Shown here piece by piece: positions 16,531 to 26,523 of a DNA stretch of 40,488 nucleotides. The translations under genes were made by a program, and so were the position numbers. The stretch spans positions 1 to 40,488 of the forward strand of contig DATLCA010000340.1 in assembly GCA_035526605.1 (NCBI GenBank). The letters run 5' to 3'. The notes beneath the pieces were generated by a model, which saw only the letters and a program-made list of their open reading frames with translations, ran no database searches and was not told where the DNA came from. This DNA comes from Pyrinomonadaceae bacterium. Its GTDB lineage: Bacteria; Acidobacteriota; Blastocatellia; Pyrinomonadales; Pyrinomonadaceae. Each line of letters opens with the position of its first letter. Position 1 is the stretch's first letter.

Positions 16531-17681
16531 CATTTGGCAGGGCATTTACCGCTGAAATATAAGAGGCCGCGAGGACCCGCAACAACGAAGCCTAGCGCAT
16601 CCGCCGTTCCCGCGAGCCGTAGCGAAACTTCGTCCCCGGTTTCGATTCGATTCAATATTTTTCCGTTCTTCAAATCAAGAGCGTAAATGCTGCCGGTACC
16701 GACGACAGAGACAACTGCCGTATGACCGAGGATGAGTGGCTTGTCGGCGGCCCGGCCGGAGAGACGACGCTTCCATTTCACGTTTCCGCCACGTGAGAGT
16801 TTGTAAACAAAATTATCGTGCGAAGCTATTAGATACTCGGACGCGTACAGCCGCGCCGAAGAGATCTGTGCTCCGTTCCGGAAACTCCATACTTTGTTTC
16901 CATCCGGTGAGACCGACATCACATTTCCTCGCTCGTCTCCCACTATCAGTCGGCCGGAGGGGTCAGTGATGACAGCTGTTGGCGGAAACTCGGATTTCAT
17001 AGCGACCCGCAACTCGCCCGTGGCGCCTGAGATGCTGACCACTTCGCGATTCTCGGTTCCCAATTCAATGCCGCTCTCGTGAAAGTGCGGTTCGGATATA
17101 ACCCCGGATGAAAGATCGATCTGCCACACAACCTTGCCGTCGACGCGGGTGAAAGCCGACATCGAACCGTCCGAGCCCGCCGCTACTACATTTCCCGCGA
17201 CACCACCCAGCCACAACGCGCCGGTGGATCTTGTAACGGTCTGCCACACTGTAATACCGGTTTGACGACTCAACGCACGAACGATCGTCTTCGGAGATGA
17301 ACCCGGAGCCTCAGACTGAGCACTCGTCACGAGAAAGATCAAATCGTCGACGACAAGCAAGTTCGAGATCACGACGCCGCCAACCTCGCTCGACCAGACG
17401 CTGGTCCCGGTTGCCAGGTCGAGGCCGTGCAGCTTGTTGTCATCATCCAAAAAATATACAGCCGACGCATCCGCGGCCGGGGCGACCGCGAGATTCGAAC
17501 TGACCGGTGACTCCCAACACTTACTGAAAACTTCCGGCTCTTGATAGTCAGATCCAAGCGCGGCCACGGGCGCCACGACGAACATCACCATCGAAATAAG
17601 GATGGCGAAAACCCCCGCCGGCGCCGATCGGTCTAAACTTTTGTGGGTCAATAGGTGAGACATCTTAGGCTCGAGCAACAC
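16530..17681 (-). CDS. Secreted PQQ-like repeat beta-propeller protein (BamB-like fold)
   Basis: N-terminal hydrophobic signal-like segment. Repeated motifs of the type LHGLDLATGTSVWS, GITVWQT, GKVVWQIDL and GNKVWSF. Confidence 0.65.
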   Translation of the reverse strand: MLLEPKMSHLLTHKSLDRSAPAGVFAILISMVMFVVAPVAALGSDYQEPEVFSKCWESPVSSNLAVAPAADASAVYFLDDDNKLHGLDLATGTSVWSSEVGGVVISNLLVVDDLIFLVTSAQSEAPGSSPKTIVRALSRQTGITVWQTVTRSTGALWLGGVAGNVVAAGSDGSMSAFTRVDGKVVWQIDLSSGVISEPHFHESGIELGTENREVVSISGATGELRVAMKSEFPPTAVITDPSGRLIVGDERGNVMSVSPDGNKVWSFRNGAQISSARLYASEYLIASHDNFVYKLSRGGNVKWKRRLSGRAADKPLILGHTAVVSVVGTGSIYALDLKNGKILNRIETGDEVSLRLAGTADALGFVVAGPRGLLYFSGKCPAK

Positions 17682-17717
17682 GTCAAGTTAAGCGAAGGAA
17701 GATTCTAGCATAGCAAC

Positions 17718-17747
17718 TTGACCGCTAATCAGTGATGAATGTAATAT
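17718..17747 (+). promoter_or_regulatory. Possible sigma-70-like promoter for ssb
   Basis: TTGACC (17718-17723), an 18-nt spacer, then TAATAT (17742-17747), about 45 nt upstream of the ssb ATG. Confidence 0.3.
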
Positions 17748-17790
17748 CCGGGAACGTTGCTACAAACTATGTAAAAGGAGACTCCTACCT

Positions 17791-18246
17791 ATGTCGTTTA
17801 ATAAAATCATCATTGTCGGAAACCTCGGTCGGGACCCCGAACTTCGCTACACTCCTCAGGGAGTTGCGGTGTGCAATTTCTCCCTCGCCACGAATGAAAA
17901 GAAGCGCGACAAGTCCGGCGAAATGCAGGACGTGACCACTTGGTTCCGCATCACACTGTGGCGCAACCAGGCAGAGAACGCCGCAAAGTATTTAACAAAG
18001 GGAAGTCCGGTTTATATCGAGGGGCGACTCGGGGTAGAAGAATGGACGGACCGCGATGGCAAAGGCCGCTACACACTGGAAGTGCAGGGAACGGAGATGC
18101 ATTTCATCAGCGCCGGCGCCCGTGGCGGGTCCGATGAGTACTCTGGTGACTCGTCCGCTCCTGCGGAATTCGCCGGCCCGGCGGACCGATCATCGGGAGC
18201 GGCCACGGCGCCGGCTCCGAGCGGTGACGACGACATTCCTTTTTGA
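17791..18246 (+). CDS. ssb: Single-stranded DNA-binding protein
   Basis: OB-fold N-terminus IIIVGNLGRDPELRYTPQG, a Gly/Ser/Ala-rich linker and the acidic tip DDDIPF. Confidence 0.95.
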   Translation: MSFNKIIIVGNLGRDPELRYTPQGVAVCNFSLATNEKKRDKSGEMQDVTTWFRITLWRNQAENAAKYLTKGSPVYIEGRLGVEEWTDRDGKGRYTLEVQGTEMHFISAGARGGSDEYSGDSSAPAEFAGPADRSSGAATAPAPSGDDDIPF

Positions 18247-18272
18247 GCTGCTGAGTGGGTTTAGAAGAAAAA

Positions 18273-18301
18273 GGCGGGCATTGATCGATGCCCGCCTTTT
18301 T
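18273..18301. terminator. Bidirectional intrinsic terminator (ssb / accA convergent)
   Basis: Stem GGCGGGCAT / ATGCCCGCC with a 6-nt loop, an A-tract before and a T-tract after. Confidence 0.75.
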
Positions 18302-18304
18302 CAA

Positions 18305-19171
18305 TTAAAGGGAAGAGCCGATCTTCCGGAATTTGTCGTAGCGGGATTTCACGAGCTCCGCCGGCGTCGATCTCAGAAGCTCTCTCAAGTTCCGTGAAAT
18401 GGCTTTTTTCAATTCGCCTGCGGTTTTCGCAAAAACTTTCTTGCCCTTCGTGTCGTCTTCGTCTTCACTCTCGATCTCCCACGCGACACTCTCGGGAACG
18501 ATCTCGTCTATCACGCCGAACTTCATCAGGTCCGTAGCCGTGAGCCGCAAGGCCGCGGCGGCCAGGTCGGCCTTGGCAGCATCTTTCCAAAGAATCGCCG
18601 CGCAGCCCTCCGGCGATATCACGGAATAGACCGCGTTCTCCATCATGAGTACGCGATCGCCGATCCCGATGGCCAGCGCGCCGCCTGAACCGCCTTCACC
18701 GAGGACGACCACGATGATCGGCACTTTCAACGCGGCCATCTCCCTTAGGTTGAACGCGATCGCCTCGGCTTGTCCACGTTCTTCGGCATCGATACCCGGG
18801 TACGCGCCCGGCGTATCGATGAATGAAATGATCGGCCGCCCGAATTTTTCCGCAAGCCTCATCAGCCGGATCGCCTTTCGATAACCTTCAGGCTTCGGCA
18901 TACCAAAGTTTCGATAACGTCTTTGGTTTGTGTCCCGGCCCTTCTGCTGACCGACGACCAGCACCTCAAACCCATCGAGCTTTGCGAAACCAGCGACGAG
19001 TGCCGGATCGTCGGCGTAACGCCGGTCGCCGTGCAACTCGACAAACTCCTCGAAAATTTCTGCGAAGAGATCAGTAGAGTACGGACGTTCCGGGTGCCTG
19101 GCGGTTTGAACACGTTCGATCGCGGTCTTCTCGATGTCTTTTGCCATAGGTGCTGCACTCATAATATCCAA
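18305..19171 (-). CDS. accA: Acetyl-CoA carboxylase carboxyltransferase subunit alpha
   Basis: [30 protein letters not shown] and [13 protein letters not shown]. The start is uncertain (19171 overlaps the dnaE end; the ATG at 19147 does not). Confidence 0.9.
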   Translation of the reverse strand: MDIMSAAPMAKDIEKTAIERVQTARHPERPYSTDLFAEIFEEFVELHGDRRYADDPALVAGFAKLDGFEVLVVGQQKGRDTNQRRYRNFGMPKPEGYRKAIRLMRLAEKFGRPIISFIDTPGAYPGIDAEERGQAEAIAFNLREMAALKVPIIVVVLGEGGSGGALAIGIGDRVLMMENAVYSVISPEGCAAILWKDAAKADLAAAALRLTATDLMKFGVIDEIVPESVAWEIESEDEDDTKGKKVFAKTAGELKKAISRNLRELLRSTPAELVKSRYDKFRKIGSSL

Positions 19172-22100
19172 TTCACCTCACAGCCGCGATTCCGCAGCTG
19201 GGTTTCGAGATGAGTCGATCCCTGAATTCGAATAGGCTGTGAGTGAAGTTTGACCTTCACCTCATCTATAGCGACTTCGAGATAGACTTCGCATTTTCCG
19301 CTCGCGTTGTTGAGAATCGTGAGGAGATCATGAAGGTATTCGTCGTCAACTTGTTTTACTGGAAGGGTGATATCCACGGACTTCGCGTTTCCCGGCAGAG
19401 CTTCCTTGAGGGATCGGGCCTCGTTCATGATGATCGTGATGTCCTGCCCTTCCGCTGACTCGACGCGGCCTTCGATGATCAACAGCTCATCGTTTTTCAG
19501 AAGCGGGGAATATTTTCCGTAGGCTTCAGACCACGCCAAACATTTTACTCCACCGGATTCGTCCTCGAACCGGAACATACAGAAGCGGTTTCCTTTCTTG
19601 CTCTGCCGAACCTGGAACGATGACACTATTCCCGCAAGCACGATCGTTTCACCCGCACGCAGCTCACCATGATCGACAATGTTACTTATCCGCAGGCCCT
19701 TGACGATATCTTTATAGTTATCGAGCGGGTGAACCGATAAATAAAACCCGACCGCGGCTTTCTCCTGTGCCGATATTTCTGTCTGAGTCCACGCACGAAC
19801 GGTTGGAAGTGCCTCATCAAATACGTCGGTGGCGCTGTCGGTTCCGAAGAGCGCATTCTGTCCACGCTCGCGGTCACTCCATGCCTTCTGACTTACGGAC
19901 AGGGCAACGTCGATTCCCGCGAAAAGATTTGCACGCCACTGGCCCACCGTTGTACTTTCCGGAATCAGGGAATCGAAGGCCCCCGACGTGATCAGGCTTT
20001 CGAGGCCGCGCCGCCCGATCGCACCTTGGTCTATCCTCGAAACGAAATCGAAAAGCGAAGTGAATTTAATTTCCTGTCGTGCATCGACCACCGCTTTCAC
20101 GGTCGATGCTCCGATGCCTTTTATCGCACTGAGCCCGAACCGAACCGCTTCATCGGAAGGGGTGAACCCCTCATCACTTTCGTTAACGTCCGGGGGCAAA
20201 AGTCTTAGTCCCATGGACCTTAGCTCGGTCGAATATTTATAAACCTTCGCACTGTCGTCGGCTTCGTGCGAAAGAACCGCGGCATAAAAGTAAGCCGGGT
20301 AATGCGCCTTCAAGTATGCGGTCTGAAATGCGAGATACGCGTAGGCGATCGAGTGACTCCGGTTAAAACCGTAGTCCGCGAACTGCGCCATCAGCTTAAA
20401 TATAGATTCGGCTTTGTCTTTCGCGATCCCGTTCCCGACCGCTCCGGAAATAAACTTTTCTTCGTGGACCGCCATCTCCTCGCGCTTCTTTTTACCCATC
20501 GCCCGGCGCATCATGTCGGCTTCGCCCAGGCTGTATCCGGCAAGCTTTTGCGCCAGCTGCATGATCTGCTCCTGGTAAACCAGCACGCCGTAGGTGTTCT
20601 CGAGGATCTCCTTCATCTGCGGGATGAGATATCGGACCTGCTTCTCGCCACGGTGACGGGCAATGTAATCATCGATCATTCCGCCATCGATGGGACCCGG
20701 GCGATAGAGAGCATTGAGGGCGGAAAGATCTTCCAACTCTTTCGGCTTCAGCTTCCGGCAGATCTCCTGCATACCGCCGGATTCAAATTGAAACACGGCG
20801 TCCGTACGGCCGTCCCCGAAAAGCTGCATCGTCTTTTCGTCGTTGAGCGGGATCGTGCCCCAGTCGATTTCGATTCCCGTGCGGGCCTTTAGAGAAAGAA
20901 GACAATCGTTGATGACGGTCAGGGTCGTGAGCGCCAAGAAGTCCATCTTCAGCATTCCGACCTTTTCGAGATCGTTCATCGAATACTGACTGGTAAGTTC
21001 ATCCTTAGCTGACACTGCGACCGGCACGATTTCGTGAAGGGGCTTTGGCGAGATGACCACGCCGGCCGCATGGACGGACGAGTGCCGCGCGCAACCTTCC
21101 AACCTCAGAGCGAGTTCGACAAGATCCTTTACTTTCGGATCCGATCCAATCGCGGCCTTCAGTTCGGGGACCATCTCCGTCGCCTGCGAGATGCTAACGT
21201 TTCGACCACGGATCGGCGGTGGGATAAGCTTCGCTATTTTTTCAACGTCGCCGTACGGCATGTTGAGCGCGCGCCCGACGTCTTTGATTGCGGCCCGCGA
21301 CGCCATCGTTCCGAACGTTATGATCTGGCAAACCGATTCGCGCCCGTAAACCTTTGTTACGTGATTGATAACGTCGCCGCGGCCGCGAATGCAAAAATCG
21401 ATATCGATATCGGGCATCGATATGCGCTCCGGGTTCAGAAAGCGCTCGAACAGCAAGTCGTATTGAAGAGGATCGATATCCGTAATCCCCAGACAGTAGG
21501 CGACGAGAGAGCCGGCAGCGGATCCGCGTCCCGGGCCCACGGGAATATTATTTTCCTTCGCGTACTTGATGAAGTCCCAGGTGATCAAGAAGTAATCCTG
21601 AAAACCCATCTTGCGAATGACGCTGAACTCCCGCGTAATACGCGCCGAGTAATCCTCCATCGAATATCGGAGCGTCCCGGCCTCCCGCATCGGAAGAAAG
21701 ACTTTTTGTTTACGCTCCTCAAGGCCGGTGGATACGACCCATTCGAAATATTCGTCGCGCGAAAGATCGGTATCCGGGATTGGGTAGACCGGCAAAGTGA
21801 AGTTGTCGCCATCGGCCGCGATTTCGAGCTGACATTGTTCGGCGATCGAAAGAGTATTTGTCAGAGCCTCCGGAACTTCGCTGCCGAAGATCTCCCACAT
21901 CTCGTCCGATGAACGGAGATAATAATTTGAACTGGAAAAGGTATAACGGTCTTCGCTGAGCGTCCGCCCGTCTCCGATACAAAGGAGCACTTCGTGCGCA
22001 CGAGCATCGTCCTTATTAAGATAATGTGCGTCGTTGGCGGCGACGAGGGAGATGTCGCTCTTCCTTGCGAGGTCGATGAGGCTCCGGGTGAGGGAGCGGC

Positions 22101-22674
22101 TTTCGTCGGTGCCGTTGTCGGCGATCTCGATGTAAAAATCTTTCCCGAAAATGGATTTGTACTGTTCGGCTACTTCTCGTGCGCGCGATTCGTCCCCTTG
22201 GCGCAGAAAATGGGCGACCCCTCCGTTAGCTCCGGCAGATAGAGCGATGAGCCCGGCGCTCCGCTCGGCGAGTATTTCACTGTCGAGGCGAGGCTTGTGA
22301 AGGAGGCCTTCGGTGAACGCCTTCGACGACAAGTAAACAAGATTTTGGTAGCCTTCGTCATTCGTCGCGAGCAGAACAAGGTTGTAGTACGGTCGTTCCC
22401 CGGCGCGCACTGCGAGATCGCGATCGAAGCGGCTTCCCGAAGCAACGAAAGCTTCGTATCCGATGATCGGCCGGACCTTGGCCTCCTTCATTGTTTTGTA
22501 GAAGGAAACGGCCCCGTACATGTTTCCGTAGTCGGTCAGGCCGCACGCCTGCATCCCCAATTCGCCGAGTCGATTCGCGAGAGGCTTCAATTTGATTGTG
22601 CTTTGTAAAAGACTATAATCCGAGTGAAGATGAAGGTGGACGAAGTCTCTCGATTTGAAGTTTAGTTGATCCAT
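19159..22674 (-). CDS. dnaE: DNA polymerase III subunit alpha
   Basis: 1171 aa. PHP N-terminus [15 protein letters not shown], a polymerase core containing MPDIDIDF, and an OB-fold C-terminus. Confidence 0.97.
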   Translation of the reverse strand: MDQLNFKSRDFVHLHLHSDYSLLQSTIKLKPLANRLGELGMQACGLTDYGNMYGAVSFYKTMKEAKVRPIIGYEAFVASGSRFDRDLAVRAGERPYYNLVLLATNDEGYQNLVYLSSKAFTEGLLHKPRLDSEILAERSAGLIALSAGANGGVAHFLRQGDESRAREVAEQYKSIFGKDFYIEIADNGTDESRSLTRSLIDLARKSDISLVAANDAHYLNKDDARAHEVLLCIGDGRTLSEDRYTFSSSNYYLRSSDEMWEIFGSEVPEALTNTLSIAEQCQLEIAADGDNFTLPVYPIPDTDLSRDEYFEWVVSTGLEERKQKVFLPMREAGTLRYSMEDYSARITREFSVIRKMGFQDYFLITWDFIKYAKENNIPVGPGRGSAAGSLVAYCLGITDIDPLQYDLLFERFLNPERISMPDIDIDFCIRGRGDVINHVTKVYGRESVCQIITFGTMASRAAIKDVGRALNMPYGDVEKIAKLIPPPIRGRNVSISQATEMVPELKAAIGSDPKVKDLVELALRLEGCARHSSVHAAGVVISPKPLHEIVPVAVSAKDELTSQYSMNDLEKVGMLKMDFLALTTLTVINDCLLSLKARTGIEIDWGTIPLNDEKTMQLFGDGRTDAVFQFESGGMQEICRKLKPKELEDLSALNALYRPGPIDGGMIDDYIARHRGEKQVRYLIPQMKEILENTYGVLVYQEQIMQLAQKLAGYSLGEADMMRRAMGKKKREEMAVHEEKFISGAVGNGIAKDKAESIFKLMAQFADYGFNRSHSIAYAYLAFQTAYLKAHYPAYFYAAVLSHEADDSAKVYKYSTELRSMGLRLLPPDVNESDEGFTPSDEAVRFGLSAIKGIGASTVKAVVDARQEIKFTSLFDFVSRIDQGAIGRRGLESLITSGAFDSLIPESTTVGQWRANLFAGIDVALSVSQKAWSDRERGQNALFGTDSATDVFDEALPTVRAWTQTEISAQEKAAVGFYLSVHPLDNYKDIVKGLRISNIVDHGELRAGETIVLAGIVSSFQVRQSKKGNRFCMFRFEDESGGVKCLAWSEAYGKYSPLLKNDELLIIEGRVESAEGQDITIIMNEARSLKEALPGNAKSVDITLPVKQVDDEYLHDLLTILNNASGKCEVYLEVAIDEVKVKLHSQPIRIQGSTHLETQLRNRGCEVNWIL

Positions 22675-22687
22675 TTCTGACTCGGTT

Positions 22688-24013
22688 ATGAAGAAAGTCT
22701 ATCTCGAAACCTTCGGCTGTCAAATGAATGTTTCCGATTCGGAAAGAGTCGCAACTTCACTCGCGGCGAAAGGTTTTGAGGTCACGCCGACCGAAGATTT
22801 CGCAGACATCATTCTCATAAATACGTGCTCGGTTCGAGAGAAGGCAGAGCAAAAACTTTACGCCAGGGTCGGGCGAGTCCGCAAGTCCCGTACGGTGATG
22901 CCGATGATTGGCGTGATGGGGTGCGTCGCCCAGCTCGAGGGCGAAACTCTGTTCGATAGGATCGAAGGTCTGGACTTCGTGATCGGGACAAAGGCCGTCG
23001 GCCGCGTCCCCGATGCGATCGAGAAAGTGTTTGACGGCGAGACCGGTGTGATGGATCTCGGTGATCGCGAACCGGGCTATGAATGGTCCGTCTCGGATGC
23101 CCAGCGTCACTCGCCGTACGTCGCGTTTGTTCCGATCATTGAAGGCTGCAACAAATTTTGTACATACTGCATCGTTCCGTTTTCGCGCGGGAGGGAAGTG
23201 AGCCTGCCGGCGTCATCGATCATTCGCAACATCCTCGAACTTCGCCGCGAAGGCGTAAAGGAAATTCATTTGATCGGGCAGAACGTGAACAGCTATCGCC
23301 CGACCACGGAATCCGGACTGGAAACATTTCCCGGCGCGACTCCGTTTTCGCGTCTGCTCCGCGCGGTCGCAGCGACGGGAATCGAACGTATAAAATTCAA
23401 CACTTCATTCCCGCGCGATTTTCATCCGGACATCATCGACGCGATCAATGAGAATGAAAATCTTTGCAACTGGGTGCATCTCCCGGTGCAGTCGGGAAGT
23501 GATCGGGTCCTGAAAAAGATGAAGCGGGGCCACACCATCGAAAGCTACTTCAGGAAGATCGACAAACTGAAAGAATCGAAGCGAGATGTCGCGCTCACGA
23601 CCGACATCATTGTCGGTTTCCCGGGGGAGACCGAATCGGACTTCGAAGAGACAAAGCGTGCGGTCGAATATTGCGGTTTCGATTCGGCTTATATTTTCAA
23701 ATACTCGCCGCGGCCCGGGACGCCGGCTTTCGAGATGGAAGATGACGTGACGCTCGGGGAAAAGAAGCTGCGCTTCATCGAGCTCGAGTCTGTTCAAAAG
23801 CGTACGCAGAACGCGCGTCTTCAGCGGTATATTGGTAAAACGGTGGAGGTGCTTGCGGAAAAAGTTTCGAGCCGAAGTGCCAACGATATTACCGGGCATT
23901 CGACTTGTCACAAGCTCGTGAATTTTCACGGACCGAGCGATTTAATCGGAAGCCTGGTTGATGTTAGAATTCGGGAAATAAAAGCGAACTCATTGTTCGG
24001 CGAAGTGTGTTGA
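22688..24013 (+). CDS. miaB: tRNA (i6A37) methylthiotransferase
   Basis: UPF0004 N-terminus YLETFGCQMN, radical-SAM CNKFCTYCIVP, and a TRAM C-terminus. Confidence 0.93.
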   Translation: MKKVYLETFGCQMNVSDSERVATSLAAKGFEVTPTEDFADIILINTCSVREKAEQKLYARVGRVRKSRTVMPMIGVMGCVAQLEGETLFDRIEGLDFVIGTKAVGRVPDAIEKVFDGETGVMDLGDREPGYEWSVSDAQRHSPYVAFVPIIEGCNKFCTYCIVPFSRGREVSLPASSIIRNILELRREGVKEIHLIGQNVNSYRPTTESGLETFPGATPFSRLLRAVAATGIERIKFNTSFPRDFHPDIIDAINENENLCNWVHLPVQSGSDRVLKKMKRGHTIESYFRKIDKLKESKRDVALTTDIIVGFPGETESDFEETKRAVEYCGFDSAYIFKYSPRPGTPAFEMEDDVTLGEKKLRFIELESVQKRTQNARLQRYIGKTVEVLAEKVSSRSANDITGHSTCHKLVNFHGPSDLIGSLVDVRIREIKANSLFGEVC

Positions 24014-24017
24014 GTAC

Positions 24018-24506
24018 GTGAGCGACGATAACAGTTTGATCGAAGTAAAAATCGGGGCCCTGATAATGGACCCAAACACCAACACACCGATCGTGGTGCT
24101 GAAAGGTGTCGAGTCTGAAACCGTGCTTCCGATTTGGGTCGGCGCTTTTGAGGCAAACGCGATCGCGCTCGAGATCGAAAAGATCGTGCCGCAACGCCCC
24201 ATGACCCACGACCTGCTCCGCAACGTCATCATCGAATGCGGCCTGGTTGCATCCCGTGTTATAGTGACTGATCTGCAGGAGAACACCTTTTACGCAGTCG
24301 TCGAGCTAAGGGATAATGAAGGCGAAATAGTTTCCATGGATGCTCGCCCGTCGGACGCGATAGCCCTCGCACTCAGGCTTGATTGTCCGATCTTTGTTAA
24401 GCAATCTGTGATCGACCTTTCTGCGTCTTCCAACCCGCTCGACGCGGAGCCCGAAAGTGGTGAACCGGTGGTTGGCGGCGAGGAGTGGCCGGACCTGATC
24501 GGATAA
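24018..24506 (+). CDS. Bifunctional nuclease (BFN/DUF151) family protein
   Basis: VVLKGVESETVLPIWVGAFEANAI ... RPMTHDLL ... DARPSDAIALALR is the typical DUF151 pattern. GTG start. Confidence 0.75.
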   Translation: MSDDNSLIEVKIGALIMDPNTNTPIVVLKGVESETVLPIWVGAFEANAIALEIEKIVPQRPMTHDLLRNVIIECGLVASRVIVTDLQENTFYAVVELRDNEGEIVSMDARPSDAIALALRLDCPIFVKQSVIDLSASSNPLDAEPESGEPVVGGEEWPDLIG

Positions 24507-24590
24507 GTTTGGAGTACGGGCTTTAGCCGGCCTCCGTTTTCTCTCAATTCGTTACCAATTCTGCCCGCTGAAGCGGGGACTCCGAACCGG

Positions 24591-25346
24591 ATGATAATCG
24601 TAATCGCGAACCAGAAAGGCGGCGTGGGTAAAACCACGACTGCCATCAACCTCGCAGCCGGCCTCGCAAGCCAGCGGAGGAAAGTACTTCTCATAGACCT
24701 TGATCCCCAAAGCAACAGCTCGCTGTCGTTCATCGATCCTGCACGGGTTAACGGCGGGGCGTACGAACTCTTCACCGAGCCCGACCGGCCGCTGGAAGAA
24801 TTGGTTTATGAAACGACCACCGAAGGCCTGTCGATCATTCCGTCGCGCATCAGTCTCGCCAAGCTCGAAGCAAAGCTGATCGGCGACTTCGATGCGGCGT
24901 TCAAGCTTCGTGATCGGATCGAATCGCTTAATGGGAAGTACGACATCGTAATCATCGACACGCCCCCGACCCTGGGCATACTTACTGTGAACGGGATGGT
25001 GGCCGCCCAGCATGTGATTATTCCGATACAGTCGTCGTACTTCGCGCTGGAGGGAACTGACGACCTTCTCGAAACGATCGAGAAGATAAAGTCGAGGCCA
25101 AACCCGGATCTGAATTTGCTCGGCGTGGTTGTAACCTTGTTTGACCGCAGGACGACGATATCCAAAGACGTAGAGGCGCACATCCGCAACGTGTTTGGCC
25201 GCAAGGCTTTCAAAACCGTTATATCCCGGAGCGTGCGGCTTGAAGAATCGCCAGCCCATAAGAAACCAATTTTCGATTATGCGCCGCGTTCGTCGGGTGC
25301 GATCGAATACGAGAGCCTTTCGAAGGAGGTGCTTAAACGTGTCTAA
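24591..25346 (+). CDS. parA: Chromosome-partitioning ATPase ParA/Soj
   Basis: Deviant Walker A NQKGGVGKTTTAINLA, plus IIDTPP. Confidence 0.92.
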   Translation: MIIVIANQKGGVGKTTTAINLAAGLASQRRKVLLIDLDPQSNSSLSFIDPARVNGGAYELFTEPDRPLEELVYETTTEGLSIIPSRISLAKLEAKLIGDFDAAFKLRDRIESLNGKYDIVIIDTPPTLGILTVNGMVAAQHVIIPIQSSYFALEGTDDLLETIEKIKSRPNPDLNLLGVVVTLFDRRTTISKDVEAHIRNVFGRKAFKTVISRSVRLEESPAHKKPIFDYAPRSSGAIEYESLSKEVLKRV

Positions 25347-26184
25347 AGCCGGATTACCGCTCGGGATTAAAATGCGTCATGACTCGCATTACGTCGAACA
25401 GATAGCCGCCAAGTCGCGCTCCGTTGGCCGAACCATTCCTATTACGTCCATCTTCCCGAACCCGGAACAACCGCGTACGGAATTTGGCGACCTGACCGAG
25501 TTGACCGATTCGATCAAAGAGATCGGCGTCCTAGAACCGCTCCTCGTCCATCCGACCGATGATGGACGATTCATGATCATCGCGGGAGAACGGCGGTGGC
25601 GTGCCTCGCAGCTCGCGGGTCTTACCGAGGTGCCATGCATCGAAATGGCGGTCGATGAGAAAGGCATTGCGGAGATCGCTCTGATCGAGAATCTCCAGCG
25701 GAAAGATCTCACGGTCTGGGAAGAAGCTGACGGACTCGCTTCGCTTAAAGAGAGATTTGGTTACACGCAGGACGAGATCGCGCAGAAAATCAGCAAGGGT
25801 CGCACGACTGTCACGGAGTTGCTAACGATATCGACGCTTCCAGATGCTATCCGTCAGCGGTGCCGCGACGGAAAGATTTCATCTAAAGCGATCCTGTTGG
25901 AAATAGCGCGCCAGTTTGATGATCAGGCGATGTCTGATTACCTCGACAACTTAGACCGGGGCGGCAGGAAGACTTCATCTAAGCCACCGGGTGTCAAAGA
26001 AAAAGCACGGCCGGAGCCTGCCGGAACTAACGGCGCCGCCAAGCCGGCGGCCATTTACCGGTTCGTGCCGGACGATTCCGGCTTCACACTGGAAATACGA
26101 TTCAGCGACGATCGGACTTTCACGAAACGCGATATCCTCGAGGCTTTGAAAAAGTCATTCGACAGCGTGAAGGAAGGTGAATAG
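25339..26184 (+). CDS. parB: Chromosome-partitioning protein ParB/Spo0J
   Basis: GTG at 25339 lies 8 nt after AGGAGG (25325-25330), in frame in track ORF 25195... Motifs NPEQPRTEF, LLVHP, IIAGERRWRA and ENLQRKDL. Confidence 0.9.
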   Translation: MSKAGLPLGIKMRHDSHYVEQIAAKSRSVGRTIPITSIFPNPEQPRTEFGDLTELTDSIKEIGVLEPLLVHPTDDGRFMIIAGERRWRASQLAGLTEVPCIEMAVDEKGIAEIALIENLQRKDLTVWEEADGLASLKERFGYTQDEIAQKISKGRTTVTELLTISTLPDAIRQRCRDGKISSKAILLEIARQFDDQAMSDYLDNLDRGGRKTSSKPPGVKEKARPEPAGTNGAAKPAAIYRFVPDDSGFTLEIRFSDDRTFTKRDILEALKKSFDSVKEGE

Positions 26185-26425
26185 CTTCTTCCTGCTTTCG
26201 GTGCATCTCGCCCCAGATTGGGGTTGTGCCAGGTAATCCCGGCGCGAAGGAGACAGGACACGCCCTGAGCTGGGGCGAAGAACGACCTAGAGGATCCTAG
26301 CCCATTGGACCGCTCCCTGACATAATCCTTATTATCGGACGCAGTGAGTATAATGAGAAGGCTCGTTTAAGCAGTCCCAGCCGCCATCCCTACTTCCTCA
26401 GCCCCGCCCCGAATACTCCATTGCT

Positions 26426-26454
26426 TTGACACACCACTGCTAAGCGGCTAGAAT
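26426..26454 (+). promoter_or_regulatory. Near-consensus sigma-70-like promoter for metK
   Basis: TTGACA (26426-26431), a 17-nt spacer, then TAGAAT (26449-26454), about 70 nt upstream of the metK start. Confidence 0.5.
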
Positions 26455-26523
26455 TACCGTTTTGTTATCTAGACCTATATCAAACTGTCCCGGTAGACAC
26501 TCATAAAGGAGTTAGACAAAGCA

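Noticed and set aside
20266-21912. Long plus-strand ORFs (208 aa and 292 aa) inside the dnaE region.
   Set aside because: They are antisense shadow ORFs of a confidently identified 1171-aa dnaE. Their translations are Arg/Leu/Asp-rich with no motifs.
24591-26425. A parS centromere site (TGTTNCACGTGAAACA-like) near parAB.
   Set aside because: No full 16-bp palindrome was found by eye. The nearest look-alikes (TTTCACGAAAC around 26127 and CCACGTGG around 33138) lack the flanking half-sites. My visual scan of 40 kb is not exhaustive.
26455-26523. SAM riboswitch in the metK leader, or an SAH riboswitch ahead of ahcY.
   Set aside because: The leader downstream of the best promoter is only about 70 nt. 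I could not find the SAM-I core (GAGGGA...GCCC...GCAACC), SAM-II features or SAH features by eye. It needs an Infernal scan before any claim.
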